NCBI GenBank assembly: GCA_937931645.1
Contig: CALHAR010000006.1
Span: 6,585 to 70,584 of the forward strand
Length of the DNA stretch: 64,000 bases
From: an uncultured Alphaproteobacteria bacterium
GTDB taxonomy: Bacteria > Pseudomonadota > Alphaproteobacteria > Micavibrionales > Micavibrionaceae
Reading direction: 5' to 3'
This document shows, in pieces, positions 25,145-36,753 of this stretch (its first letter is position 1; the number at the start of each line of letters is the position of its first letter). The translations under genes were made by a program, and so were the position numbers. Below the pieces are notes generated by a model. The model had not been told where the DNA came from, did no database searches, and was given only the letters and a program-made list of their open reading frames with translations.

Positions 25145-27940
25145 ATGAATTCTCAACCGCAAAGACAAGCATCACAAGGGAAAATAACACTCCCCGATAT
25201 CCCCGCCTTATGCGTCAATGCACGTCAGGCGTCTATCTTAACAACCGATGGTGAAGTGCGTGTTCTTGACCATGTTGCAGCGGCTCAACTTATTCATAAA
25301 CAACCTGTTTTAGTGTGCCACGCCCCCTACACCTGTAAAACTTTGAACACAGAGGATATTAATGGTTTTGATTTATTGGAGCTTTTCGCGTTTGTCCACC
25401 CTGCTAAATTTTGTGTTCCTACCCCTGTCGGTTTATCTAAAGCCTTAGGTATTACCGTACCAAAATCATTTGATGAATATCCTTATGCATTAATGGAGGC
25501 GGCGCGCGCTTTGCTGTCTGATCTACGTACAGATATCTGGCAAGCAAAAGCCGACCCTCTAAAAATCGCCAATGTTATGGGGCAACAAGGTCCAAATAGT
25601 TCTGGGGGATGGAACTGGACCCCTTTTATATTCAGTGCCCTCGGTGAAGAATATGATCCGCGCATTCCTGTAATCAGTAAGACAGATTTAAACGTTTGGA
25701 AAAACTTGCCTGAATGGTCAGAAGAAGCGCCGCCGCCGCCACCTTCTCATCACCCTGTCACAGGTGAAGAAGCACAAGGGCGATTAAAAGAATTATTAGG
25801 TAATGCCGCTGAATCTCGCAAACAACAAATGAGTTACACTCATTTATTAAGCGCCGCCTTTGCCCCCAAAGATAATGCAGAAGACCCCCATATTATATTA
25901 GCTGAAGCAGGAACTGGCGTTGGTAAAACCCTTGGTTACCTGGCTCCTTCCTCCGTTTGGGCAGAAAAAAACAAGGGTACTGTTTGGGTGTCTACCTATA
26001 CCAAAAACTTACAACGACAGGTCGACCAAGAGTTAGATAGGCTGTACCCCAACGAAGACTTAAAAGACAATAAGGTGGCTATTCGGAAAGGTCGTGAAAA
26101 TTATTTATGCTTGCTGAACCTCGAAGAAGCCGCCACAGGCGCCGCCCTTTCACGCGATAGGAAACAAGCCATTGCGCTTGGTATTATGGTGCGGTGGGCC
26201 GCCGCAACTAAGAATGGCGACCTTGTCAGTGGCTCAGACTTTCCTGGTTGGTTGAATGATTTAATGGGATATAAATATACGGGCGGATTGTCTGATAGAC
26301 GCGGTGAGTGCATTTATTCTGCCTGCGATCACTATCACAAATGTTTTGTTGAACAATCAGTACGGCGATCGCAGCATGCCTCTATCGTTGTTGCCAACCA
26401 TGCGCTTGTCATGATTCAAACCTCTATTAATCAGAACATAGATGAGCTGCCTAAACGTTACGTGTTTGATGAAGGGCATCATTTGTTTGATGCTGCCGAC
26501 AGCGCCTTTGCAGGGCACCTCACCGCTCGTGAAACCTATGATTTGCGACGATGGCTACGTGGCGCGGAAAGTAGTTCCAAGAGCCGTATGCGCGGTTTAA
26601 AAGCCCGCGCAGAAGATTTAATAAGCGGTGATGAAAAAGCACAACGCGATTTACAAGATATTTTAGAACAAGCTAGACATTTAACCGCCGATGGTTGGCA
26701 AAGACGCTTACGAGAAAATGTCCCTAAAGGCGCTTGCGAAGAGTTTATACTGGCAGTTTATACCCAAACCTTTGCACGCACCAATGGTGGTAATCATTCT
26801 TATTCCTTAGAAACACAAGTTTTTCCATTACATGACGATATTGTTAAAGCCATTCCCAAGTTACAATCGACGTTAAAGAACTTACAAAAACCAATGCTGT
26901 CACTCGCCGCGCTTCTTCGTAAAAAATTAAACGAACAAGCCGAAACTTTAGAGAGCGACACACGCAAACGTATTGATGCCGTACAAACAGCTTTAGAAAG
27001 ACGAGCGCAGCTGAATATTGGTGCATGGATTACAATGTTAGAAAATATTGAACATGGCATCACCAACAAAGATTTTATTGATTGGATGCAGATTGAACGC
27101 TTTGAAGGGCGGGCGGTCGATATCGGCCTATATCGTCATTGGGTTGACCCGATGATTCCTTTCTCTACGGCACTAAAACCTCACGCACATGGCGCCATTA
27201 TAACATCGGCAACTTTACGTGATAGCACAGATGATGATGAGAAAAATTGGCAAGTCGCGCATCAACGCACAGGAGCGAACCTACTCGCCAGTAATATTAT
27301 TCAAGAAAGCTATAACTCCCCTTTTGATTATAAAAATAAAACAAAAGTTTTTATAATCGATGATGTACGTAAAGATGATTTAAGCCAAGTTTCCACGGCC
27401 TATAAAACTTTATTTGAAACCAGCAGTGGCGGCGCTATCGGTTTATTCACGGCTATCTCTCGTTTACGTGCCGTGCATGAAAAAATAAATTTACCTTTAA
27501 GCGACAAAAACATTCCCCTTTATGCACAACATGTTGACCGTATGGATACGGGAACATTAGTTGATATTTTCCGTGAAGAAGAAGACGCCTGTTTGCTTGG
27601 CACTGATGCTATTCGTGATGGAGTAGATGTGCCAGGGAATTCGTTGCGGCTTATTGTTTTTGACCGTGTCCCATGGCCGCGCCCCAATATTTTACACAAA
27701 GCCCGCCGCGCAGCATTTGGCAAAAAACAATATGATGATATGTTGACCCGTTTAAAATTGAAACAGGCCTTTGGTCGCCTAATACGTCGCGCTGATGATA
27801 GAGGGATATTTGTGATGCTGGACAGCATGATGCCCTCGCGGCTTTATGGGGCTTTTCCCGAAGGGGTAGAGATTGAACGTGTTGGGTTAAGCGAAGCCGC
27901 CATAAAAATTAAAGATTTTTTAAATAATGAAAAAGATTAA
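25145..27940 (+). CDS. DinG/Rad3-like (DEAD_2 / helicase_C_2) ATP-dependent DNA helicase
   Basis: 931 aa with Walker A AEAGTGVGKTLGY, DEGHHL, TSATL and the C-terminal QAFGRLIRRADDRG. Confidence 0.85.
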   Translation: MNSQPQRQASQGKITLPDIPALCVNARQASILTTDGEVRVLDHVAAAQLIHKQPVLVCHAPYTCKTLNTEDINGFDLLELFAFVHPAKFCVPTPVGLSKALGITVPKSFDEYPYALMEAARALLSDLRTDIWQAKADPLKIANVMGQQGPNSSGGWNWTPFIFSALGEEYDPRIPVISKTDLNVWKNLPEWSEEAPPPPPSHHPVTGEEAQGRLKELLGNAAESRKQQMSYTHLLSAAFAPKDNAEDPHIILAEAGTGVGKTLGYLAPSSVWAEKNKGTVWVSTYTKNLQRQVDQELDRLYPNEDLKDNKVAIRKGRENYLCLLNLEEAATGAALSRDRKQAIALGIMVRWAAATKNGDLVSGSDFPGWLNDLMGYKYTGGLSDRRGECIYSACDHYHKCFVEQSVRRSQHASIVVANHALVMIQTSINQNIDELPKRYVFDEGHHLFDAADSAFAGHLTARETYDLRRWLRGAESSSKSRMRGLKARAEDLISGDEKAQRDLQDILEQARHLTADGWQRRLRENVPKGACEEFILAVYTQTFARTNGGNHSYSLETQVFPLHDDIVKAIPKLQSTLKNLQKPMLSLAALLRKKLNEQAETLESDTRKRIDAVQTALERRAQLNIGAWITMLENIEHGITNKDFIDWMQIERFEGRAVDIGLYRHWVDPMIPFSTALKPHAHGAIITSATLRDSTDDDEKNWQVAHQRTGANLLASNIIQESYNSPFDYKNKTKVFIIDDVRKDDLSQVSTAYKTLFETSSGGAIGLFTAISRLRAVHEKINLPLSDKNIPLYAQHVDRMDTGTLVDIFREEEDACLLGTDAIRDGVDVPGNSLRLIVFDRVPWPRPNILHKARRAAFGKKQYDDMLTRLKLKQAFGRLIRRADDRGIFVMLDSMMPSRLYGAFPEGVEIERVGLSEAAIKIKDFLNNEKD

Positions 27941-29267
27941 TATTCAAAAATGGGAAGGGCCAAATGCGATAATATGCGCAAAGGATTTAGCGCGTAAACC
28001 CTATACGCTTTTCTTTGATAGCAACGCTCCCTCACACCCGTCAAATCAATGGAGCTTCATTTGCTTTGATCCTATTGAAATAATAGAAACTAAAAACAAC
28101 ATCATCACCCATAATAATAAGAATATTAGTGACTTTAATTTCTTTGATTTCCTTCAATCACGCCTTAATCATTATAAGATCGAAAACAATGAAACGGATA
28201 TTCCATTTATCGGCGGTGCGGCGGGTTATTTTGGATATGATTTAGGACGTCAGCTTGAATCTATTCCCGATGGTACAAATGACGATATGAACACACCCGA
28301 TGCTTGCATTGGCATCTATACCAATGTGCTTGCGTTTGACCATAGCCGTGACGAGGCTTGGTATATCGGTGATAATATGCCTGAACTTGGCAGTGTTCCT
28401 GCCTCTCCATACCTTGTGAAAGAGCTGGATTGGACAACCAATAAAACAGAAGAGCAATATTGCGCCGATATTCACAAGACTATTGAGTATATCTATGCGG
28501 GTGAGATTTATCAGGCCAATATCTCTAGACGATTTGAAGCGGCGCTGCCTGATGGCTTCGACAGTTTTTCTCACTATGAATATTTGCGCAAAATAAACCC
28601 CGCCCCCTTTTCCTCTTTTATGAATTTTGGTGACTTACAACTTTCCTCTTGCTCTCCTGAACAGTTCTTACATCTTCAAAATAATATTGTAACAACACGC
28701 CCTATAAAAGGAACACTTCCATCTTCGGAGAAATCTAAAGTTTTGAAAAACAGCAAAAAAGATATTGCCGAAAATATTATGATTGTAGATCTATTGCGTA
28801 ATGATCTTTCGAAAGTCTGTGATTACCATTCTGTTAAAACGCCCGAACTTTGCACGGTTGAAACATTTGAAGGGCTACATCACTTGGTATCGACGGTAAC
28901 TGGAAAATTACAACCAAGTAAAAAACCAACCGACCTTCTCCGTGCCTGTTTTCCTGGGGGGTCAATCACTGGCGCTCCCAAAATACGAGCGATGGAAGTT
29001 ATTGAAGAAATAGAAGAAACCCGCCGTGGCCCTTACTGTGGTGCAATGGGATATATTGGGTTTAATAATAATATGAACATCAACATCACTATTCGAACGC
29101 TTATTTATGCTAATAACAAAGCCTACCTTCAAACAGGCGGTGGTATTGTTAGCGATTCGATCCCTGAGAAAGAACTACAGGAAAGTTTAGACAAAGCACA
29201 AAAGATTTTTGAAAGTTTTGAAAATAAAAACAAAAGCAAGAAAAACAATAAGGAGAATGCGGCATGA
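27927..29267 (+). CDS. pabB: aminodeoxychorismate synthase component I (chorismate-binding enzyme)
   Basis: Motifs are GEIYQANISRRF, IKGT, DLLRND, FPGGSITGAPKIRAMEVIEEIE and RGPYCGAMGY. pabC follows immediately. Confidence 0.85.
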   Translation: MKKINIQKWEGPNAIICAKDLARKPYTLFFDSNAPSHPSNQWSFICFDPIEIIETKNNIITHNNKNISDFNFFDFLQSRLNHYKIENNETDIPFIGGAAGYFGYDLGRQLESIPDGTNDDMNTPDACIGIYTNVLAFDHSRDEAWYIGDNMPELGSVPASPYLVKELDWTTNKTEEQYCADIHKTIEYIYAGEIYQANISRRFEAALPDGFDSFSHYEYLRKINPAPFSSFMNFGDLQLSSCSPEQFLHLQNNIVTTRPIKGTLPSSEKSKVLKNSKKDIAENIMIVDLLRNDLSKVCDYHSVKTPELCTVETFEGLHHLVSTVTGKLQPSKKPTDLLRACFPGGSITGAPKIRAMEVIEEIEETRRGPYCGAMGYIGFNNNMNINITIRTLIYANNKAYLQTGGGIVSDSIPEKELQESLDKAQKIFESFENKNKSKKNNKENAA

Positions 29268-30019
29268 GTATTATCTTTTTAAATGGTGATTACGTCGAAG
29301 ATTCATCTCCCCTCATCTCTCACCGTGATAGCGGTTTTACAACGGGAATCGGTATTTTTGATTCAATGCTGGTAAAAGGAAAAACGCCCATTCATATAGA
29401 AGAACATTACGAACGGATTATTCACGATTCTAAAACTGTCATTGGTATAAATCCTTATTTCTCGTATGAAAAATTCGAAGAAATTTGTTACACGTTACTA
29501 GAGAAAAATAATTTCAAAGAGAGCTATGTTCGCATCAGAACAACCATCACGGGCGGTATTGTTAAAGCCCCTCTCCATCCCGCGCATACACCGACTATTT
29601 TGATTGATGCACAAACCTCTACCAATCCAGATAATATAAAGCCTGCTAATTGTGTTGTCGTCACTGATTTCCCTCGCATTGCGGGATGTGTTTTAGAAAA
29701 TTGTAAGCGGCTCGATTACTCACGCAGTTATGCCGCCCGCCGACAAGCTGAACGCCTAGGCGGTGATGAAGCTATCCTGATCAACACGGATGGTAATATT
29801 GCCTGTGGTACAACCAGTAATATTTTTATCGAAGAAAGTGCTACTCTTATCACACCACCTTTAACGGATGGAGTCCTTGCAGGCATCACACGCCGTAAAA
29901 TCACTGAAGAGCGCGAAGTACGTGAAGAAAGCATCTCCATCAAGCGCCTTCAAAGTGCGAGTAAAGTGTATTTGACCAATAGTTTTGTTGGATTAAGAGA
30001 CGTTACGCTTGTTAAATAA
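29264..30019 (+). CDS. pabC: aminodeoxychorismate lyase (class IV aminotransferase fold)
   Basis: 251 aa overlapping pabB by 4 nt. It has a class IV fold pattern (GIFDS, RIRTTITGG, AGITRRKI). Confidence 0.75.
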   Translation: MSIIFLNGDYVEDSSPLISHRDSGFTTGIGIFDSMLVKGKTPIHIEEHYERIIHDSKTVIGINPYFSYEKFEEICYTLLEKNNFKESYVRIRTTITGGIVKAPLHPAHTPTILIDAQTSTNPDNIKPANCVVVTDFPRIAGCVLENCKRLDYSRSYAARRQAERLGGDEAILINTDGNIACGTTSNIFIEESATLITPPLTDGVLAGITRRKITEEREVREESISIKRLQSASKVYLTNSFVGLRDVTLVK

Positions 30020-30520
30020 ATAGCGACCAGTTCCTATAACGTTAGATAACAGCATGAAACTAACTAAAGCTAAACCACCGTAAGAACCTAAAAGAGCAAA
30101 GGCAATGATCCAACTAAATTGATGAGCGAATGCAAAAATACGGTGCATAATATATTTTTCTTTAAACCACACCGATAAACAAAAGCACGTTGTACCCACC
30201 ACAGCAAAATAATCCTTTATCCCATCCATCAGAAAAGGAAAGAGAGAAAGTAAAACAACCATATAGAGAGCAAGGTAATACCCTAATACTTTCTTAGGAG
30301 CATAAACAGCAACAAGACTTCGTATAACACCACCCACAGACGTAACTAAATAAAAGAAAGCATCCATAAAGATAAAATGGATCGCCATTAACACATCCGC
30401 AGGAGCCCATAGCAAGATAGTTTTATTGGCAGTTTGCCTTTGATAGGAAACAATATAGATAAGAGTCGCTATCCAAGCTGGAATTTGGACTGGTGCAAAA
30501 ATTTCAGATAATAGTTCCAA
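29993..30520 (-). CDS. small polytopic membrane protein (YgjV-like?)
   Basis: 175 aa with about 5 TM helices. The family assignment is tentative. Confidence 0.45.
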   Translation of the reverse strand: MELLSEIFAPVQIPAWIATLIYIVSYQRQTANKTILLWAPADVLMAIHFIFMDAFFYLVTSVGGVIRSLVAVYAPKKVLGYYLALYMVVLLSLFPFLMDGIKDYFAVVGTTCFCLSVWFKEKYIMHRIFAFAHQFSWIIAFALLGSYGGLALVSFMLLSNVIGTGRYLFNKRNVS

Positions 30521-30949
30521 TTAAGCCGCAAATGTGCCAGTGACAGCCGTCAATTTTGCTTTTTCAAGGTTAAGCTGTTTTGTGTAGCGTGCTATTTCGA
30601 TATTGTCTTTTGCAAATGAAAGCTTGCTTTCAAGATTAATAATCTCTTCTTGAATTTTTTCTTGGTTTAAATCATCAACCATAGATGCTTCCTCAGCCAA
30701 CACGGTGCAATTTGTGGCTGTGACATCGGCAAAACCACCTGCTATAAATATTTTAGTTGGCGCGCTACCTTGTTCGGTCACAATTTCAACAACGCCTGGG
30801 CGAATGTTTGACACCACGGACGCATGCCCTGCTCGCACCCCGAAGTCTCCTTCATAACCAGGGATTGTCACTTGCCATGCCTTTTCAGACATAAGTTTTC
30901 TCTCTGGTGATACCAGTTCAAAATCAAAATTATTTTCTGTTTGTGCCAT
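30521..30949 (-). CDS. atpC: F1 ATP synthase epsilon subunit
   Basis: FELVSPERKL...GDFGVRAGHAS pattern, and its position after atpD. Confidence 0.9.
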   Translation of the reverse strand: MAQTENNFDFELVSPERKLMSEKAWQVTIPGYEGDFGVRAGHASVVSNIRPGVVEIVTEQGSAPTKIFIAGGFADVTATNCTVLAEEASMVDDLNQEKIQEEIINLESKLSFAKDNIEIARYTKQLNLEKAKLTAVTGTFAA

Positions 30950-30967
30950 TTTTTCTTCTTCTCATTA

Positions 30968-30994
30968 GATCCCTCGAATACGCTCGGGATGACC
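30968..30994. repeat. REP-like element in the atpD-atpC spacer
   Basis: gATCCCtcgaatacgctcGGGATgacc, with an ATCCC/GGGAT stem. Confidence 0.55.
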
Positions 30995-31108
30995 TTGTTA
31001 ATAAAACAAAATCAAATAATGTTTTAATCTAGCTAGGCAAACAAGGCGAAGTGTATATTTACACATGAGCCGCCGTTTAACGACACCAGAATGAAACAGC
31101 AAAAGATT

Positions 31109-32566
<1,458 letters not shown>

Positions 32567-32579
32567 CTAATTTTTACTG

Positions 32580-33488
32580 TTAAACTGCTTCCGCGCCGGA
32601 AATAATTTCGATTAATTCTTTTGTAATTGCGGCTTGACGCGCACGGTTGTAAACCAACGTAATGCTATTAATTTTTTCACCTGCGTTTCGGGTCGCATTA
32701 TCCATTGCCGTCATACGGGCGGCTTGCTCCCCTGCGGCACTATCAAGTAACGCCCGGAACATTTGCACGCCTAAATTTTTCGGTAATAATTGACCTAAAA
32801 TTTCATTCTCTTGAGGCTCAAACGAATAAGGTGACAATAGATTTTCTGTATCGGCCTTATCTTCATCCACTTCGACCGCGGCATTTTCAGCCAATTTAAA
32901 CGGAACGATTTGCTGTACGCTCGGCGTTTGGGTCAAAACAGATTTAAAGTTGTTATAAACCATGGACACAACATCAACATTACCTGCTTCAAACTGCTCT
33001 AACACCATTTGTGTGGTTTCGTTGGCTTCGGCAAAATTCACACGAGAGCTGGCGCCAATCCCTGTGAAGCTGTGTAAAATTTTATCTTTATGGGCACGCT
33101 TTAAAAGATCACGGGCTTTACGACCAACAGTAATAAGCTTCACTATTTTACCCTCACCCTCAAGGCGCATAATTTCAAGGCGGGCAAGGCGAATAAGGTT
33201 TCCGTTAAAACCACCACAAAGACCACGGTCAGATGTCACCACCACCAAAAGATGAGTTTTATCAGACCCCGTACCGATTAATAGTTTTGGTGATGATGCA
33301 GTAACCGTCACCCCATCTGCAACACGCGCCAGCATTTCACTCATCGCACGGGCATAAGGTTGTGACGCTTCGGCTTGGTCTTGCGCTTTTTTCAGCTTAG
33401 AGGCGGCAACCATTTTCATCGCCGACGTAATTTTCTTTGTCGACTTAACGGAAGCGATTCTATCGCGATATTCTTTCAAACTTGGCAT
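32580..33488 (-). CDS. atpG: F1 ATP synthase gamma subunit
   Basis: 302 aa starting [32 protein letters not shown] and ending [14 protein letters not shown]. Confidence 0.95.
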   Translation of the reverse strand: MPSLKEYRDRIASVKSTKKITSAMKMVAASKLKKAQDQAEASQPYARAMSEMLARVADGVTVTASSPKLLIGTGSDKTHLLVVVTSDRGLCGGFNGNLIRLARLEIMRLEGEGKIVKLITVGRKARDLLKRAHKDKILHSFTGIGASSRVNFAEANETTQMVLEQFEAGNVDVVSMVYNNFKSVLTQTPSVQQIVPFKLAENAAVEVDEDKADTENLLSPYSFEPQENEILGQLLPKNLGVQMFRALLDSAAGEQAARMTAMDNATRNAGEKINSITLVYNRARQAAITKELIEIISGAEAV

Positions 33489-33512
33489 TTGAAAATTCCC
33501 TAACCTTTAAAA

Positions 33513-35063
33513 TTAAGCCGCTTTTTTATTGGCAGACAAATAGTTGACTGTAAACTTCTCTAGATAGGCGCGCATATCAGCTTCCACAGTATCATCAATT
33601 TTTTGCTTTTCTGTAATAGCATCTAAAATAGCCGTTCCATTTGCACGAGCATCATCAAGAAGGGTTTGTTCATAGTTAGAAACATCCGCCACCTCAACAT
33701 CATCCAAATAGCCTTTTGTACCTGCAAAGATAACAAGCACTTGTTCCGCCATTGTTAACGGTGAGTACTGAGGTTGTTTTAGAAGTTGCGTCAAACGCGC
33801 ACCACGTGCGAGCAATTTCTGCGTTGCAGGATCAAGGTCAGACGCAAACTGAGCAAACGCTTCCATTTCACGATATTGAGCCAATTCCAACTTAATAGAA
33901 CCAGAAACCTGTTTCATCGCCTTTGTTTGCGCGGCAGACCCAACACGGGACACCGACAAACCAACGTTAATCGCAGGGCGAATACCTTTAAAGAATAAGT
34001 CCGTTTCCAAGAAAATCTGACCATCTGTAATAGAGATCACGTTTGTTGGAATATAAGCAGACACATCACCCGCTTGTGTTTCAATAACAGGGAGCGCCGT
34101 CAAAGAACCAGAGCCTTGCTCTTCATTCAACTTACATGAACGCTCAAGAAGGCGAGAGTGGATATAGAAAACGTCACCAGGATACGCTTCACGACCCGGA
34201 GGACGACGAAGAAGCAATGACATTTGACGGTACGCCACAGCTTGCTTTGATAAATCATCATAGATAATCAAACCATGCTTACCATTATTTAAGAAGTACT
34301 CACCCATCGCACAACCTGTATAAGGGGCAAGGAATTGCATCGGCGCAGGGTCAGAAGCCGTTGCGGCCACAACGATTGAATATTCCATCGCGCCGTTATC
34401 TTCTAATTCTTTAACCAATTGCGCCACGGTTGAACGTTTTTGACCAATCGCCACATAGACACAGTAAAGCTTTTTACTTTCATCATCGCCCGCATTCACG
34501 AATTTTTGATTAATGATTGTATCAACCGCAACCGCCGTCTTACCTGTTTGACGATCACCGATGATTAGCTCACGTTGACCACGGCCAACAGGCACCAGCG
34601 CATCAATCGCCTTCACACCTGATTGCATTGGTTCATGCACAGACTTACGTGGAATAATTCCTGGTGCTTTTACTTCAACACGGCTTGTCTGTTTTGCGTT
34701 AATAGGGCCTTTTCCATCAATCGGGTTACCCAAACCATCAACAACACGGCCAAGAAGCTCTTCTCCCACGGGCACGTTCACAATCTCACCCGTACGGCGA
34801 ACAATGTCACCCTCTTTAATATCACGGTCAGACCCAAAAATAACAACACCAACATTGTCTAACTCAAGGTTCAAAGCCATTCCTTTAATACCGCCTGGGA
34901 ATTCAACCATCTCACCAGCGCGAACTTGGTCTAGACCATAAACACGGGCAACACCATCACCAACAGATAGAACTTGACCAATTTCGGCGACATCGGCTTG
35001 CGCGCTAAAATCTGCAATTTGTGTTTTCAATATTTCTGAAATTTCTGCCGCTTTAATTTCCAT
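33513..35063 (-). CDS. atpA: F1 ATP synthase alpha subunit
   Basis: 516 aa with GDRQTGKT and the alpha signature. Confidence 0.97.
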   Translation of the reverse strand: MEIKAAEISEILKTQIADFSAQADVAEIGQVLSVGDGVARVYGLDQVRAGEMVEFPGGIKGMALNLELDNVGVVIFGSDRDIKEGDIVRRTGEIVNVPVGEELLGRVVDGLGNPIDGKGPINAKQTSRVEVKAPGIIPRKSVHEPMQSGVKAIDALVPVGRGQRELIIGDRQTGKTAVAVDTIINQKFVNAGDDESKKLYCVYVAIGQKRSTVAQLVKELEDNGAMEYSIVVAATASDPAPMQFLAPYTGCAMGEYFLNNGKHGLIIYDDLSKQAVAYRQMSLLLRRPPGREAYPGDVFYIHSRLLERSCKLNEEQGSGSLTALPVIETQAGDVSAYIPTNVISITDGQIFLETDLFFKGIRPAINVGLSVSRVGSAAQTKAMKQVSGSIKLELAQYREMEAFAQFASDLDPATQKLLARGARLTQLLKQPQYSPLTMAEQVLVIFAGTKGYLDDVEVADVSNYEQTLLDDARANGTAILDAITEKQKIDDTVEADMRAYLEKFTVNYLSANKKAA

Positions 35064-35116
35064 TTTAATTTTCCTCTTTTTAAACTCTTTTAAATTTTAA
35101 GTATTAGTTTTGCTTC

Positions 35117-35713
35117 TTAATTTTGATTAGCAACCTTTTGATCGCTAGCGTTGTTATTTGCGTTTGATTTCATAGCAATTTTTAAACGCTCTAACTTACG
35201 CTTCACCGAATCATCAATCATTTGCGACCCAACAGTCACCACCATACCGCCGATTAAGTCTTCTTGAACATCAACCTTAACAGCAACAGTTTGCCCCATG
35301 GCTTTGGTTAATGATTCTTGCAAAGCATTCTCTTGCTCTTTACTTAGCTTAAAGGCAGAAGAAACCTGTGCAGATATTTCTCCACGAAGGCGCGATATAT
35401 CCATACGTACGGCATTAATAATGCTTGATAACATATTAAGGCGGCGATTTTGCGCCAAGAGGCTTAAAAAATTAATTGTAATATCTTGAAACTTAGCCTT
35501 TTCAGCAATTATCTGAATAGATTTCTGCTGTTGATCTCTAGAAACAAGGGGGGATTTCATCAAGGTTTCAAGATCCGCAGACCCCGCTATCATGGACTCC
35601 AAATCCTTTAAATCCTGCTCTACAGCATCGATTTTCTTAGAATCGGCAGCAATCTCCACCAAAGCAGTTGCATATCTTAAGGCGGCTACGCCAGAGGTAT
35701 TTTTTGAGGCCAC
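35117..35713 (-). CDS. atpH: F1 ATP synthase delta (OSCP) subunit
   Basis: ALRYATALVEIA at the N-terminus and GGMVVTVGSQMIDDSVKRKLERLK at the C-terminus. Confidence 0.9.
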   Translation of the reverse strand: MASKNTSGVAALRYATALVEIAADSKKIDAVEQDLKDLESMIAGSADLETLMKSPLVSRDQQQKSIQIIAEKAKFQDITINFLSLLAQNRRLNMLSSIINAVRMDISRLRGEISAQVSSAFKLSKEQENALQESLTKAMGQTVAVKVDVQEDLIGGMVVTVGSQMIDDSVKRKLERLKIAMKSNANNNASDQKVANQN

Positions 35714-35837
35714 TTTTGGTCCCTTTTATTTGCTTATTAAACTTGATGAGGATTTAGCATAGGAAACCTAGCCATGCAAGCATTCCAAAGCAAAAAATGA
35801 TGTTTTTTGACAGTTTACTTAATAAGTGACAACCCTA

Positions 35838-36656
35838 TTAAAACCATTTAATTTCAAACAATCCAAAATGCTCTGGGTAGAAATAGAATGATATAAGCTT
35901 TAAAACCAGCAAATGTACGACATATACCTCTAAACTATGACGTCCCATCAACTGTATAGCCGCTGTCATCAACATTGGTAGCCGTTTCGTCACATTAGGG
36001 TATAGCTTCGATTGAAATTTAATCATAAACAAGCTTATGCCCAACATCCCTGCTGCACTATAAACTGCCTCTATATAGTCAAAACCGAAATGATATCGTT
36101 GATAAAAGGAATGAACCACGACCGCCACCCCCATTATCGCTAAAATAAAAGCGCGCGATATATTTAGTTTGTTCTGATGACGAACCAGATACCCATAGAT
36201 AGCAAATAAAAATGCATGTGTTCCATAATCAAAAATAAATCCTGTCGGCACCACCAATATAACCATCAGTAATATTGTGAAAATTTTAGATTCTATATCT
36301 TTTAAGAAAACTCTCATCACGCCATCAAGAAAGAAACGAACAAATAAAATAGTAAATAGAATATTAAAAGGGAGTAAACCTTCCCCCATCACGACTGTAC
36401 TTAAAACAAGAATAGATCCGCCAATCCATAAAAAGCTCGATAAATCTCTGCTATTCGCATACCCAACTAAAAACAACCAAACAGGCATCGACATACGCCC
36501 TATCACCCGCCATTCATTCTGTTCAGGGAACAAATACATACCGATGTGATCAATAATCATTGTAAGAACCGCAAATGACTTTAAAAAATCATAAGAGGTT
36601 AAGTTTTGTGGCAAGTCTTTAGAAAAACTTATTTTCATAGGTGTATTATATGTCAT
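35838..36656 (-). CDS. TraX-family-like polytopic membrane protein
   Basis: DFLKSFAVLTMIIDHIGMYLF...RVIGRMSMPVWLFLVGY resembles the TraX family N-terminal motif. Confidence 0.5.
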   Translation of the reverse strand: MTYNTPMKISFSKDLPQNLTSYDFLKSFAVLTMIIDHIGMYLFPEQNEWRVIGRMSMPVWLFLVGYANSRDLSSFLWIGGSILVLSTVVMGEGLLPFNILFTILFVRFFLDGVMRVFLKDIESKIFTILLMVILVVPTGFIFDYGTHAFLFAIYGYLVRHQNKLNISRAFILAIMGVAVVVHSFYQRYHFGFDYIEAVYSAAGMLGISLFMIKFQSKLYPNVTKRLPMLMTAAIQLMGRHSLEVYVVHLLVLKLISFYFYPEHFGLFEIKWF

Positions 36657-36753
36657 TTATAATAAATCTGAATAATTAAAAGAAACTTATTTGTATAATA
36701 AACTTCTCAACCTATCTTTAAGAAAACCAACAACATAGAAGGTACGTTACGTA

